Shown one piece after another: positions 9,366 through 20,167 of a stretch of DNA of 64,000 bases. The translations under genes were made by a program, and so were the position numbers. Source of the stretch: an uncultured Acidobacteriota bacterium (GTDB lineage Bacteria; Acidobacteriota; UBA6911); assembly GCA_963809485.1 (NCBI GenBank), contig CAWEJX010000020.1, forward strand, positions 448,001 through 512,000, in the 5' to 3' direction. How positions within the stretch are numbered: the stretch's first letter is position 1; each line of letters begins with the position of its first letter. Below the pieces are notes generated by a model. That model was not told the origin of the DNA. It did no database searches and worked only from the letters and a program-made list of their open reading frames with translations.

Positions 9366-9988
9366 ATGGCCGAGGCTTTATTGGAGCAGCGAACCCGCAA
9401 ACTCGAAGAACTGCTCGCGACGGGTAACTTTCGCAAGGCAAGCGAAGAGTTTGGAGGCCTGTTTCGGAATGTGGACTGTCTGCAATTACCGATTGGCAAT
9501 CCGTGGAGAGCTAAAGCTACTGCCGCTATCAGAAGAATGATGAGGGCGCAATTGGAGAACTGAAGGCGGCATTGCAGTGTGCCAAAACGCCCAAGCTTCA
9601 GGTCAGCGCCCATCTGGCACTTGCAGATGTCTGCTCAGGAAGCAATATAATAAACGACGCCATGCAGCATTTGCGCGAAGCCGAGAGGATGCTGGTTCCC
9701 AAAGCAAATGTTTCGAGCATTTTCCTCAGTCAGAAGTATGAATCTGTCCGAAAACAGATTGATGCGTTGAAGAACGATTATTACCTGATAACGTTCGAGG
9801 AGATCAGGAAACAGGCTGAGATGAAATCGACGCGAAGAGGTTTGTCCAAGGCAACCAAGGATTTGGAGCGATGGGCCATTGTTAAGGCGCTGGAACAATC
9901 CTCCGGAGGCATGACAAAAGCCGCGGAAATGCTTGGCCTGGCCCGTCAAGCCTTCTGGCAGCGGAAAAAACGATCCCGGCTAAAATAG
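9366..9988 (+). pseudogene. Helical protein with C-terminal Fis-type HTH, split in two ORFs (frameshift near 9560)
   Basis: LERWAIVKALEQSSGGMTKAAEMLGLARQAFW is an HTH_8 motif. The upstream ORF ending at 9563 abuts it. Confidence 0.55.
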
Positions 9989-10200
9989 CATGTCCTCGAT
10001 GTGTACTGAATTGCCAGGATTCATGGCAGCCAGGATGGATTCAATGGGCGCGATACAGATCCACAGCCCAAAAAGCAAATGCGTTCCCGGTCATTGCACG
10101 ATGGTCGCAACCAATAGAGTGTACAGTTCCAGCATGAACGTGGCCTCGAGAAGCAAGCGGGATTGCCGGATATACGATCTTTTTTGGCGCCGGTCCGCAT

Positions 10201-10677
10201 TTAGCGCGGGTTCCCCCATTTTGATCTGTCCACCGCATAGGCTGCGCTTTCGACCTCGGGCGGCATGGCCTCCCAGAAGAATCGAACCGTGGCGATTTTG
10301 AGCTCACCCTTATCATCCAGCATCAGTTCATAGAGGGGCAGGTAGTTCTTCTTTACTTTGACTCTGTCCGTGCCCGTTTCAAAAATCGTCGCCTCGAGGA
10401 AGGCGACGGCAACCATCCGCCGCTCGTCGACGAAAATGTCATGAACGATGAACTTCTCATAATCTGAAGGATGGCTTGTCAGCATGGTATAAAAAGCTTC
10501 CCTGCCGGTAATGGCGTTCTTAGGCCCGCCGAAGACATACATATACGGGATAAAGGTGAAATCCGGGGCGAAGTAGGTGTCCATCCGGTGGACCGTTTTC
10601 GCATTTTGTGCGCTGTCATTGTATTCAGCAAAGTACGCGTTCATCCAATTCACGATTTCGTCATGCGTCGGCTTCAT
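10201..10677 (-). CDS. SnoaL/NTF2-like family protein
   Basis: YFAPDFTF...ITGREAF...HDIFVDERRMVAVA pattern, 158 aa. Confidence 0.7.
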   Translation of the reverse strand: MKPTHDEIVNWMNAYFAEYNDSAQNAKTVHRMDTYFAPDFTFIPYMYVFGGPKNAITGREAFYTMLTSHPSDYEKFIVHDIFVDERRMVAVAFLEATIFETGTDRVKVKKNYLPLYELMLDDKGELKIATVRFFWEAMPPEVESAAYAVDRSKWGNPR

Positions 10678-10995
10678 AGGCTTATGTCCCAATCTCCTCT
10701 GGTTTGGATCTTTCGGAAATTGCATGTATTGCCAGCGGATTTATTCATGGATTCAGGTTCTTTAGCTCTCAATGTGCTTTGGCTGTTGGCGAAAGCAAAT
10801 TGCCGTGCAGGCCGTGGGATTCTCGCTGTCATTCGGGAAATCTCCCCCTGGATCAATTCCTGGATTGTACCATCAGCGCTTCCTCACTCAGTCCGGTATT
10901 GCTATCCGGCCATAGCAATACGCTATCGGCCAATGGCTTGGGCGTGGTACCGTCATGCAGATTTCAAAAGCATTGTGGCGCCTGCCCGACCGTTC

Positions 10996-12093
10996 TCAGG
11001 GGGCAAGCGATGCGATAAAGGTTCCGGTTTCGTACCCTCCGGCTGTCGACGGCCATGCCCGATACCAGGTTCCCGTGAACGACTGTTGTCCTAATGCAAT
11101 TGTTCCATTGGACTTGATATACCCGAAATATTCATGCGCTTCCCAATAGCCGCCAAAATGCAATTGCAGCTCGCCATCGGCCATCTGTCCAGACACAGCA
11201 TAAAGGCCCCACGCGGGATCGCCTGCCAGCCTCATTTCCACATATCCATTCACAAATAGGCCCCCGGTCCATAGAACCAGCTGATTAAATGGATTATCGT
11301 GTCCACCTGTCCATTCAAGCACATAGGTCCGAGTCGTGGAGTCGAGAGGCAGAGAGGACCACTGCGAACCGGTCTGGATCAAGGCCACGCCGCTTACCGG
11401 GACATTAGATTCGATATCGACGCGGCCGCGGTTGAGCGTCACCCCTGTAAAGATTTCCCTCAGATATCGTGGAAGATGTTCCCTGCCTGCAAGATCCAGT
11501 GATAGAGTGCCGCCTACTCGAGCTCCCGATTCAGAATATAGCTTCATCGTTATATGGGCGGCCCTTTGCTCAGCATCCGTGTTCGCCAATGCAAGGCTGA
11601 CCGAGTTGAAATTTTCAAAGGGAATGGTTGTGGCCATAAACGGACTCGAGGGGAGCACCCCAATGGCATCCGTAACCGCCGTGCCGTCTTTGACATACCA
11701 GGTCAGATTGCCTTCGATGAAATTGTCGACCTCTGCATCGTTTGCCACGGCAATGATAAACCCAACCTCGACTGCAGGACCGGGCACGGTGACTTTATAG
11801 GTTGCAGCAGCGTTGGAGTTGATCGAGACAGCGAGCAATCCCCGGGTCAACTGAACGCCGTTGACATAAGGATTCCATTCCAAACCCACGCCGCTGTAAA
11901 AATGGAATAATCCGCGCCATTGTCGAGCACCGCGGTTCGTGACCGTGATTTGGGTTTCCCATATGCCGCCCGCGGCGAGTTGAGCAAATATCAAATCCTT
12001 GTGCGGAAGATGGTTCGGCTGGCTGATCTGGCCAAGCGCGATACCGGCACAAAGCAAAACGGCAGGAATCCATGCTAGCTTTATTTTTCTCAT
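10996..12093 (-). CDS. Secreted beta-rich hypothetical protein
   Basis: GGAGG RBS, signal peptide MRKIKLAWIPAVLLCAGIALG, and a FAQLAAGGIWETQITVTN Ig-like segment. Confidence 0.7.
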   Translation of the reverse strand: MRKIKLAWIPAVLLCAGIALGQISQPNHLPHKDLIFAQLAAGGIWETQITVTNRGARQWRGLFHFYSGVGLEWNPYVNGVQLTRGLLAVSINSNAAATYKVTVPGPAVEVGFIIAVANDAEVDNFIEGNLTWYVKDGTAVTDAIGVLPSSPFMATTIPFENFNSVSLALANTDAEQRAAHITMKLYSESGARVGGTLSLDLAGREHLPRYLREIFTGVTLNRGRVDIESNVPVSGVALIQTGSQWSSLPLDSTTRTYVLEWTGGHDNPFNQLVLWTGGLFVNGYVEMRLAGDPAWGLYAVSGQMADGELQLHFGGYWEAHEYFGYIKSNGTIALGQQSFTGTWYRAWPSTAGGYETGTFIASLAP

Positions 12094-12202
12094 GTGAACC
12101 TCCGGCTTGAAAATCCTCAGTCTGTAAAAGGCAGCAAAGAAAGGCCCTGTGAATCCTCGGGAAACTCCTCCCGGCCGGGCGCCCGGATTGACAGGAGCTG
12201 GT

Positions 12203-12985
12203 TTAATGAGCCGGCCATGTCGGAATGTCGTCCGCTTCCAATCCACACTCGCGATAGAACCTCTTGTAAAAATCAGGCCGCGGGAAATCAGGCATGACCT
12301 CCGAAAGGGCATTGTGTCTGTATCCCATTTTTCTTTCTTCGAACATCCTGAGTTGAGACACCAGTCCCTCGACCTTTTCCTTCGGCAGCGAAAATATGAT
12401 TTCATCCTCTCCCGCTTGTGCCCGCCCAAGCTCTCCAGGATCCGGCAACGTAATGCAGTATTGCCCCGAGAGGGCAGGCACCACCGAAAAAGCGCAGGAA
12501 GTTATCGGATACATCGGTGAGCCTATAAGTCCTTCGCCTCCAAAAGAGAGGGCCCACAGAATATTGTTTAGCTGGGCATTATTCGAATAGATGAGCACGA
12601 CGTCCGGCATGTAATTGGCCGTCTTCAGCGGAGCGGAGACAATCCCGGTGTACCTTCCATGCTCAAGGAGAGGAATATGCTTGACCGATTCTTTCAGTTC
12701 TGGGAATTTCTCTGCAATGTCCGGCTTCGCCAATCCATAGGCTATCAGCGGCCCCCAGCACCAGTTGTCTTCTTTCAGCATAGCAATGGATTCGCCTTTT
12801 CTTCTGGATATGGAAAAGGCCTGGCATTGAGCCAAATGATAGCCATGATCAGCTTTTGGTCTGACCGCTCCCTCAGGGATATCGGATTCATTTTCAAGCA
12901 TTTTCACTGCCAGGGGAGATGTCCTCAACAGCATCAACCTCTCAATCTCTTCTCCAAACCGATTGAACTCAATCACAGTCGCCAT
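12203..12985 (-). CDS. DUF169 family protein
   Basis: LRTSPLAVK, CQAFSISRR, NWCWG, PDVVLIYSN and SCA motifs, strong GGAGGAGG RBS. Confidence 0.8.
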   Translation of the reverse strand: MATVIEFNRFGEEIERLMLLRTSPLAVKMLENESDIPEGAVRPKADHGYHLAQCQAFSISRRKGESIAMLKEDNWCWGPLIAYGLAKPDIAEKFPELKESVKHIPLLEHGRYTGIVSAPLKTANYMPDVVLIYSNNAQLNNILWALSFGGEGLIGSPMYPITSCAFSVVPALSGQYCITLPDPGELGRAQAGEDEIIFSLPKEKVEGLVSQLRMFEERKMGYRHNALSEVMPDFPRPDFYKRFYRECGLEADDIPTWPAH

Positions 12986-13381
12986 ATGACCCTCCTCCCG
13001 ATTGGATCCGCTGACCGGCCCGGAGCAGGCAACATCCCATGTTATGTGTCTGGTACATACTACCACGCAATTCATGGCCCACGTTTGCCGGCTCAATGAA
13101 ATTGAGATCTGCTACATACATTGCTGTCACCCCGAATGCGGCGATTGGCCGCAATTGTACGGAGCATTCTGCCCCTTGCGTGTGCTGCTGATATCGCCCC
13201 AGTTTTGATCTTCATGCGCAACGGATCGCATAGCCTGAAGTACATGCCTAAGCACGCGGCCATGGCCGCGAAAAAAGCGCCGGAACGGTCCGGCTTTTAG
13301 GCTGTCGTCACCATTATCGACAGTTCGGAATTTTCTGCGGGCTCCACGACAGTAAAGGCAAACATCAAACCAGGCCATGCA

Positions 13382-13687
13382 AAGGCGGCCGACTATGCAG
13401 GATTCATCTTGCCCTGCATGATGATGCCGTCTTATCCTGAACTGGAAATGTCCGCGGAAGCATTGAACCGGATCAAAGATGCCGTTGCTGGCGGAAAGCT
13501 CGTAGTTGCGCAGACCGGCCCTCTATGGGCGCCGGCAAAGGCCGGCCTTCTGCAGGAAAAGAAATATGCTGATCCCTTTGAAAAGAAAAGTCCCCGGTTT
13601 TACCCCGCGATTTTGCTGGAATCGGAGTCGTATGGGACAGGCTTATCCTTCCGTCCGGAATGTGCCCGCATAGGGGGCCAACTGTGA
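13382..13687 (+). pseudogene. DJ-1/PfpI family internal remnant
   Basis: ADYAGFILPCM...GKLVVAQTG..WAPAKAGLLQEKKYA resembles the DJ-1/PfpI core. No N-terminus is present. Confidence 0.45.
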
Positions 13688-13695
13688 AAGTCAGG

Positions 13696-13916
13696 CACCT
13701 CCGGCAAAGCCGTAGGCTTGAAAGATTTGAACCACTCAAAGCGGTTGGAGGAGTTACGCCGGTCTTGAACGCTGACTTACGCGGGCAAAAGCCGATTCTC
13801 GCCGAACAAATCGGCGTTTGTCAGCGCTTTTATCAGCGTTTCTCAGCGTTTCAAAATACGGAGATGTCAAATTCCTTGAGTCCCCCGGCAGAGCCGGGGA
13901 TTTACCAATGTAATTA
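13696..13916. mobile_element. Non-autonomous IS200/IS605-end element (MITE/PATE-like), copy 2 (best preserved)
   Basis: Terminal hairpins CCTCCGGCAAAGCCGTAGG and CCCCGGCAGAGCCGGGG, no transposase, repeat of 1391-1595. Confidence 0.65.
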
Positions 13917-13999
13917 TTGACGGATCAGAACCGCTTGCGCTTATTGATGCTATAAAAGAGAAGAAGTGAATACTTAACTTATTCAAAGAGGGGCTCCAA

Positions 14000-15283
14000 A
14001 TGGAAAAGACATCACCATCTCAAGTCAGAGGAATCAATGATTTTTTGAGGCCTGATCATCTGATATCCGAAGAGGTCAGCCTGTTCTGTCAGACATTGAG
14101 GAGGTTTGTGGATACGGACGTCCTGCCCCACGCCGACGAATTGGACGACTATTGGGATTGGACGGAAAGAAAGGAAAAGACTTTCGTTCACGATCTCTGG
14201 AAGAAACTCCTCATTGATCTGGGTCTGCAAAAATCCTTTTTGCCGGGAGACTTCGGCGGATCCGGCGGAGCCTCAACCGTTGAGATGGCCGCAATGATCC
14301 AGGAAGTTGCCCGGGGCGATTATGGTCTCGCTAGTACGGGTTTTATAAGTCCATGGTCTATTGCAGCAATAAGCATACCCAGGCTAAATGAACACCTTCT
14401 AACGCAGTTCGCTCCCATGCTACTTGGGGACGAAGTTTTCATCATTGCGAGCGCGATTACGGAACCTCATGCGGGAGGATCGGTTGAGGACGTGAAGTTG
14501 AAAGGAAAGCAGATCCGGACGCGGGCTCGGTTGGAGGGAAACCATTGGGTGATCAATGGGCATAAGCTATGGCCTTCCGGCTTCAGGGAAGCAAAATGGT
14601 TCAGGGTCCTCTGTGCAGTGGAGGGGGAGGATTTCCCCAGGAATATTGCTCAGATTTTCGTCCCAGCCGATGCGCCGGGAGTATCGACGGGCAAACCATA
14701 CCGGAAAATGGGGGCCGCGATCGATACGAATGGCGACATATGGTTTGACAACGTCAGGGTCCCTAAAGCAAACCGCGCTCAGCAGGATCCTGAAGACGAC
14801 GTGAAATCGGTCATGGCAAACATCACCATAGGCCGCCTCACATCCGCTGCATTTCCGCTCGGCATCATGAAACGGGCTTATGAGGTGCTCAGGGATTACA
14901 TTGACAATCGTGAGATCGCGGGCAAGCCGATGAAAGAGCATGGAGCGATCGCGCATGAATTGGGGCAAATCGCGCAAAATCTCCTCGCGGCGGAAGGTTT
15001 TTTCTATTCGGCGGCAGAAAGAATGGATCATCCCGATATATACGGGTTCCCTTGGGAAGCGAAAAATGTGGCGTTGGCCAGTGCGGTTCAGAATATCGTC
15101 GGGGGACTTGGATGGGATACCGTGAGCCGTTCCCTCGAGCTCATGGGTTCTTACGGCTATTCAAGAGAAGGAAGAATGGAGAAGCTTCTCAGGGATCTGA
15201 AGATCGGTCAGATTGTCGTGGGCGGACCCATTCTCCGCCTCCTGGAGCTCGCGAGGTACTATTTCGGGACGGAGACGATTTGA
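14000..15283 (+). CDS. Acyl-CoA dehydrogenase family protein
   Basis: AITEPHAGGS, WVINGHKLW, IWFDNVRVP, ELMGSYGYSRE and EKLLRDLK motifs. Confidence 0.88.
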   Translation: MEKTSPSQVRGINDFLRPDHLISEEVSLFCQTLRRFVDTDVLPHADELDDYWDWTERKEKTFVHDLWKKLLIDLGLQKSFLPGDFGGSGGASTVEMAAMIQEVARGDYGLASTGFISPWSIAAISIPRLNEHLLTQFAPMLLGDEVFIIASAITEPHAGGSVEDVKLKGKQIRTRARLEGNHWVINGHKLWPSGFREAKWFRVLCAVEGEDFPRNIAQIFVPADAPGVSTGKPYRKMGAAIDTNGDIWFDNVRVPKANRAQQDPEDDVKSVMANITIGRLTSAAFPLGIMKRAYEVLRDYIDNREIAGKPMKEHGAIAHELGQIAQNLLAAEGFFYSAAERMDHPDIYGFPWEAKNVALASAVQNIVGGLGWDTVSRSLELMGSYGYSREGRMEKLLRDLKIGQIVVGGPILRLLELARYYFGTETI

Positions 15284-15538
15284 CTGTCTGAATTCAACGA
15301 ACCGGAGGTCAGGTCTGCGGACGGTCGGATAGGGCGCATTAGGCTTTAGGCATTTGCGAACCTTTTCTGCTTCGTAAGCCGTCCCGTCATCTCTTCCGGC
15401 TTAGCCAAACGAGTGTCCGAATTTGCGCTCTGCGACTTTAGGGCCCCAATCCCGGCTGCTGTCCTGCCTGCTGTCCATAGGCCTCGTTTCCCTGAGCTTT
15501 ACAGCGTACCTGCTGATATTTCATGCCGGTCTCATTAA

Positions 15539-15582
15539 CCTGGACGACAATACCTAAATCCCTGGACGACAATACCTAAATC
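15539..15582. repeat. Perfect 22-bp tandem duplication
   Basis: CCTGGACGACAATACCTAAATC occurs twice in tandem. Confidence 0.9.
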
Positions 15583-16291
15583 ACGGAAAATTCGCATCTA
15601 AGGGATGGATCTGCCTGGAACAAAATCGGATGGGCTTTCACGACCCGCTATGTAAGCAATTGGCACCCAATCATGATTCCTGGCTTTCCAGCATAGGAAT
15701 GTTTCATGAAACCAATCGGCGTGGATATCGCAGCACATTTTTTCTCCTCCTGATCCGCTAGCCCTGCCATTTGGACAAACCTCGACGGCTGAAGGCTCAT
15801 TGGTAATACCCTATTGGGATAATTCGGTCTTGTAATCCGGCGACGATCAAGATTCTCCGCAATGACCTCAATTCCCTCCTGTAACCGCCGACTCTCGCAA
15901 TCGGAATAGCCGCACGGCCAAAATCCTGAGCGTCGAAAGGATTAGGCCTTTCGGATTTGTCTTTTTGGGAAGCCTGCAATTGAGGAGCGCCCCGAGCCAG
16001 ATCACGGGAAGGCTATCCATTTTTTGAACTTAGCTATCAAAATCATAATATCCCATAAAATCCTTTGATCTCCTTTATTCGCAATATTATATTACTTTTA
16101 GGAATTGATGATTCTGGTTTTCATGTTGAAGGTATGGGATGCAGAGAAAGAAAGGCAGCGAACCCGGACCACCCTGATGCATGCGAGAAATTGCCCAGTC
16201 TGATCGAGCGAATTCGGAACCTCCCTTCCCGTTGGGCAATCAGATATCTCGAATTCTCCTGGCCTCGACTTACGGCATAGGGAGGTGGCAA

Positions 16292-17251
16292 ATGCCTTGC
16301 AGGAATTTCCGGTTGGCATTTTTATTTCTGCTTGTCTCCGCCAGCCAGTCGCCGGCTCAATTGGGTTTAAATCCCTGGCCAAGCAGGGACTCCGAAAGAA
16401 CAGGGATGTGTCGCGACATGGAAATTCGCGTCAAAAATTCCTCGGGCGGTGCAATCATGGGCGCGACTGTCACGATGGAAAACTATGGGATCCCGCTTAC
16501 GACAGATGCCCAGGGATTGGCCCTGATTCCCTGCCGCCCATACGACGGCATTGGGCTCAGAATGGAGGTCAACGCTCCCGGTTACAAGGCTTCGAGCATA
16601 ACGATAGCATCTGCGGCCGTTTCCCGGATTGAGGTAAGGCTCGATGCGCAGGACATATCCGGAATAGTTGGCGCAAAGGCAATCAGCGTTCGGGAACTGC
16701 AAAAAGCGGTACAGGCGGACTCTCAGAATTTTCAGAACCAGGCGGCTGCAGCTTTGGAACGTAGAGATTACGATACCGCGGAAAAGCTGCTTCTCCAGGC
16801 TCAGCAATTGACCCCCTCGCTTCCCGGGATCGCGAACAACCTCGGCATCGTCGCGCTGCACCGAAAGGATCTGAATGCGGCTGACTCCTGGTTCGAGAAA
16901 GCGATGCAGCTAGCTCCGGCCAAAGCGGATATCGTCGCTAATCTCGGACTGATCCGATGGATGCAGCATCGCAGGGAGGAGAGCTACAATCTGTTGAGAA
17001 AGGCTTCAGCCATGGGGCATGAAACATTCCTGGGCAAATACATCATGGGCAGAGTGGGTCTGGAGAAGGGACTGAACAAGGAAGCAGCTAACCATCTCCG
17101 CAAAATCCCGCCGAAAAGGTTTCCATACCGTGACCTGTATCTGTCCATTGCGTTGCGAAATTTGGGAAAAACCAAGGCTGCGGATGAAGCGTACAGGAAT
17201 TTCCTGCAGCGAAATCCTGTCCCGTACTCCATCAGCACGCTGCAGCCCTAG
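16292..17251 (+). CDS. Secreted TPR protein with N-terminal carboxypeptidase-regulatory-like domain
   Basis: Signal peptide, VKNSSGGAIMGATVT..TTDAQG..VNAPGY domain, and TPR motifs (ANNLGIV, ANLGLI). Confidence 0.8.
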   Translation: MPCRNFRLAFLFLLVSASQSPAQLGLNPWPSRDSERTGMCRDMEIRVKNSSGGAIMGATVTMENYGIPLTTDAQGLALIPCRPYDGIGLRMEVNAPGYKASSITIASAAVSRIEVRLDAQDISGIVGAKAISVRELQKAVQADSQNFQNQAAAALERRDYDTAEKLLLQAQQLTPSLPGIANNLGIVALHRKDLNAADSWFEKAMQLAPAKADIVANLGLIRWMQHRREESYNLLRKASAMGHETFLGKYIMGRVGLEKGLNKEAANHLRKIPPKRFPYRDLYLSIALRNLGKTKAADEAYRNFLQRNPVPYSISTLQP

Positions 17252-17265
17252 CCCGTGTTTGCGGG

Positions 17266-17857
17266 TTAAGCCTGGACGCCGGAGGCCTGCTGGGCCAACA
17301 TCGCCGTCTGCAGGGCGTAGTAGGGGGGCCACGTCATCGCTGCCGAACGTCTTGCCGACCGGAGTAACGAGCACGACGCTGCCCGTCGCTTGGTCCGCGA
17401 TCTCGATCAGGCCCGCAGATTTCAGATAGGCAAGAGCCGCGTCCTTGGTGTCGAAGTGTTGTTCGACGTAGACGATGAGGTTCGTGTTCATTCTCGCCGT
17501 CGCGCGGCCGCCGTACATATTGGATGAGCGGTAGACGAACGTTGTCCCTTTTGGATAGGTATTCAGCGCCGGATGGCCAGCATAGGCTCGCGGCGCCGCG
17601 GGGGCACGACCTGGGGCGCCGGCTCCCCCCGGACCACCAGCACCCGGGGCGCCAAAACCCGGGGTGCCGGGAGGTGGCATGGTGTTGCCGCCCGGGTACG
17701 TCTTTACTGCGGCTGGCGAATTCTGGTGGGCTTCCTCAAGCGTCTCGAACGTCGCCTTGTTTCCGGTTTCACCCGTGAAATTACGGGCCAATGCTATGCT
17801 ACACCCCGAAAGCAAAAGGCCTATCAAAAGAAATACGCTGATTATCGTTCTGTGCAT
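17266..17857 (-). pseudogene. Truncated, frameshifted paralog of the adjacent secreted esterase (N-terminal domain only)
   Basis: Shares GNKATFETLEE, YPKGTT.VYRS.N, NTN and GSVVLVTP with 17977-19872. An extra C in the C-run near 17325 shifts YYALQTAML, which then stops. Confidence 0.75.
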
Positions 17858-17976
17858 GTGCTCTTCTCCTCCTGACCGTTACGTGATTCCAGCAGACAGG
17901 CCGACGTCACGGACAGAACAGGAACATCTGGGTCAGGCGGTCCGGTAGCGCGTGGCCGGGCGCCGTGCTGACGGCC

Positions 17977-19872
17977 CTATTGGGCGTAAGGATTGTATTG
18001 GATTGCGCCGGTTTTCAGGTCGCGCGAGAACTGAGTCAAGTAGTCCCATGCCATCCTGGCGTACTGTGGATACAAAGCATGAATCAGATCTGCCGTATAA
18101 TTGAGGGCCACCATGGGAACACCCTGCTTGTTATTCAGATACCATATGTAGTTCTTGTATTCATCATTCAACAAAGTCTCGGACCAGGCGTCAGCCTGAA
18201 ACCCGCACTTCGGGTGCGCTCTGAAGTCATAGCTGACCTGGTTCATCTTATTAAAAAGCAAGAACTTATTCAGCACCACCTGAGAATTGTTTGAAAGACT
18301 TCCGTCTTCCGGGTTTATATTGGGCTGCAGGTCATAGGCGCTGGTTAAGTACATGAACGGTAGATCCGTTTCTTTGAACTGCGCCTCCATTTTGTCCGTA
18401 AAAGTGAACATCGCGCCGGCCATGTCTACAACAGCCGCCAGCATCCGGGGATGGCTGGTTGCAATTGTGAGGGTAGCCCCTCCGCCCATCGAATAGCCCG
18501 ACGCATATACACGTGAAGCGTCAATCGCGGGATAGGCCTTCAGCATGTACGCAGCCAGTGCAGCTATCGATTCCCCAAGAACAGGCTGATCGGAATAGAG
18601 ACTCTGGTGTTCCGGGGCCACTATGATAAACCGCTTCTGGCGTGCCATCTCCAGCCAGCCGACCTCTTCAACAAAAGCATGCGGATCATCGCCGCCGCCA
18701 TGGAGGGCGATTACCAGCGGAACGGTGCCCGGCCCGACCCTGTTTTGGAGAACCTCGCCGGGTACATACTCGCACCAGGTCTGTAGGTACTCACCAGATT
18801 TGGTCTTGATGCTGGAGAACCGGTCTTCCTGGTGCGGAAACACGGAAATGCCGTCCGGCGCCACACCATTCGTGACTACGTTCCGCGCCGCCAGTGAATA
18901 GGGCGCCTGATCGAAGTTATACCCCTGGTAAGGCGTGCCGGCGCTGTGCAAACCCTGCTTAACCACAGGGATTCGCATTGCTCTGGAGAACATCTCATCA
19001 TAGACCCTCTTGATGATGGCGGCAGCGTTTGGACTTGATTCTCTGTTGACAATCACCTGCTGAAGCGGCAGGGCCTGATTGAAGTAGGTCGTGGTCCTGG
19101 CGTCGCCTTTTACAGCATCGGTTTTGTTCGCGGCCTTGTACTTGCCCTCGACAGCCTCAGTGGCGTTCACGAGATAGGCGGGCAGAACGCTGGCCACCTT
19201 ACGGACCTCATCCATCTTGCTGTTGATCAGCAGAACGCCGGCAATGCGGCCGGCGTAGTCGAGCGTGCTTGCAATGTAGTTATTGAAGAAGGTCGCGCCG
19301 CCGTCGATGCCGATGACATAAAGGAAGCCGAAACCGCCGAAGTAGTTGCCGTCAGAGTAGGTCGTAGTGACGTTGTTGGATCTTTCAGAGCCCCCCAGCG
19401 AAAGCATTGCCGTCTGGAGGGCGTAGTAGTGCTTCTGGTCGGCGGCGGCGAAACCGGCTTTGGGTTCGGACGGCGTGACGAGCACCACACTGCCGATCGC
19501 CGTATCGATGATGTTGATCAGGCCCAGATCCTTCAGATAGGCAAACGCGGCATCCTTGTCCTGGAAAGACTTCTCGGCAAAGACCAGGATGTTCGTGTTG
19601 GAGCGTAGGGCGCGCCCGCCCCACAGGTTCGCCGACCGGTACACATACGTGGTTCCTTTGGGATAGCCGTCGAGTACAGGATGGGACTTGAAGGTCCCCT
19701 TGCCGGATCCCTGTGAGGCAGCGGCCGCGGGGCTGCTCACGCGAGTCTCTTCCAGCGTCTCGAAAGTGGCCTTGTTCCCCTGTCGGTTGGAGTAGTCCAG
19801 CGCGAAGGCGCCGGAGATGAGCGACAGGCTCACTATTAGCGCGAACGCAAGATTCAAGGGCGACTGGTTCAT
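17977..19872 (-). CDS. Secreted multidomain esterase (C-terminal PHB-depolymerase/LpqC-like alpha/beta hydrolase)
   Basis: Signal peptide, PLVIALHGGG, IDASRVYASGYSMGG (GxSxG) and a C-terminal His (LIHAL). Confidence 0.8.
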   Translation of the reverse strand: MNQSPLNLAFALIVSLSLISGAFALDYSNRQGNKATFETLEETRVSSPAAAASQGSGKGTFKSHPVLDGYPKGTTYVYRSANLWGGRALRSNTNILVFAEKSFQDKDAAFAYLKDLGLINIIDTAIGSVVLVTPSEPKAGFAAADQKHYYALQTAMLSLGGSERSNNVTTTYSDGNYFGGFGFLYVIGIDGGATFFNNYIASTLDYAGRIAGVLLINSKMDEVRKVASVLPAYLVNATEAVEGKYKAANKTDAVKGDARTTTYFNQALPLQQVIVNRESSPNAAAIIKRVYDEMFSRAMRIPVVKQGLHSAGTPYQGYNFDQAPYSLAARNVVTNGVAPDGISVFPHQEDRFSSIKTKSGEYLQTWCEYVPGEVLQNRVGPGTVPLVIALHGGGDDPHAFVEEVGWLEMARQKRFIIVAPEHQSLYSDQPVLGESIAALAAYMLKAYPAIDASRVYASGYSMGGGATLTIATSHPRMLAAVVDMAGAMFTFTDKMEAQFKETDLPFMYLTSAYDLQPNINPEDGSLSNNSQVVLNKFLLFNKMNQVSYDFRAHPKCGFQADAWSETLLNDEYKNYIWYLNNKQGVPMVALNYTADLIHALYPQYARMAWDYLTQFSRDLKTGAIQYNPYAQ

Positions 19873-20167
19873 CAGCATATATCCGTCTCCTTTTCTCGCC
19901 GACCTGTTTGCGGCAGCGTTTCAGCCAGGATTTTCGATAGGGCCTTTTGGGCGCAACCGCAATACTGGATTCTTTCAATTGCGGAAAACAATCGATCATA
20001 CAGCAGGCGCGAGCCGGCTGGAAAAGGAAATATGCACCAACTTTCGGACAGACTTTTCATATTTCCAATTTCTTGTATGCGGCGCGGAAGCTTTGAATTT
20101 CCACTACCTCCCATATGGAATGAGCTAAATCAGCCCTCAAGCAGCGGATTAGGGGAGATCCGGAGGC

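Noticed and set aside
15539-15582. 22-bp direct repeat as a possible CRISPR array
   Set aside because: Only two adjacent copies, no spacer and no cas genes.
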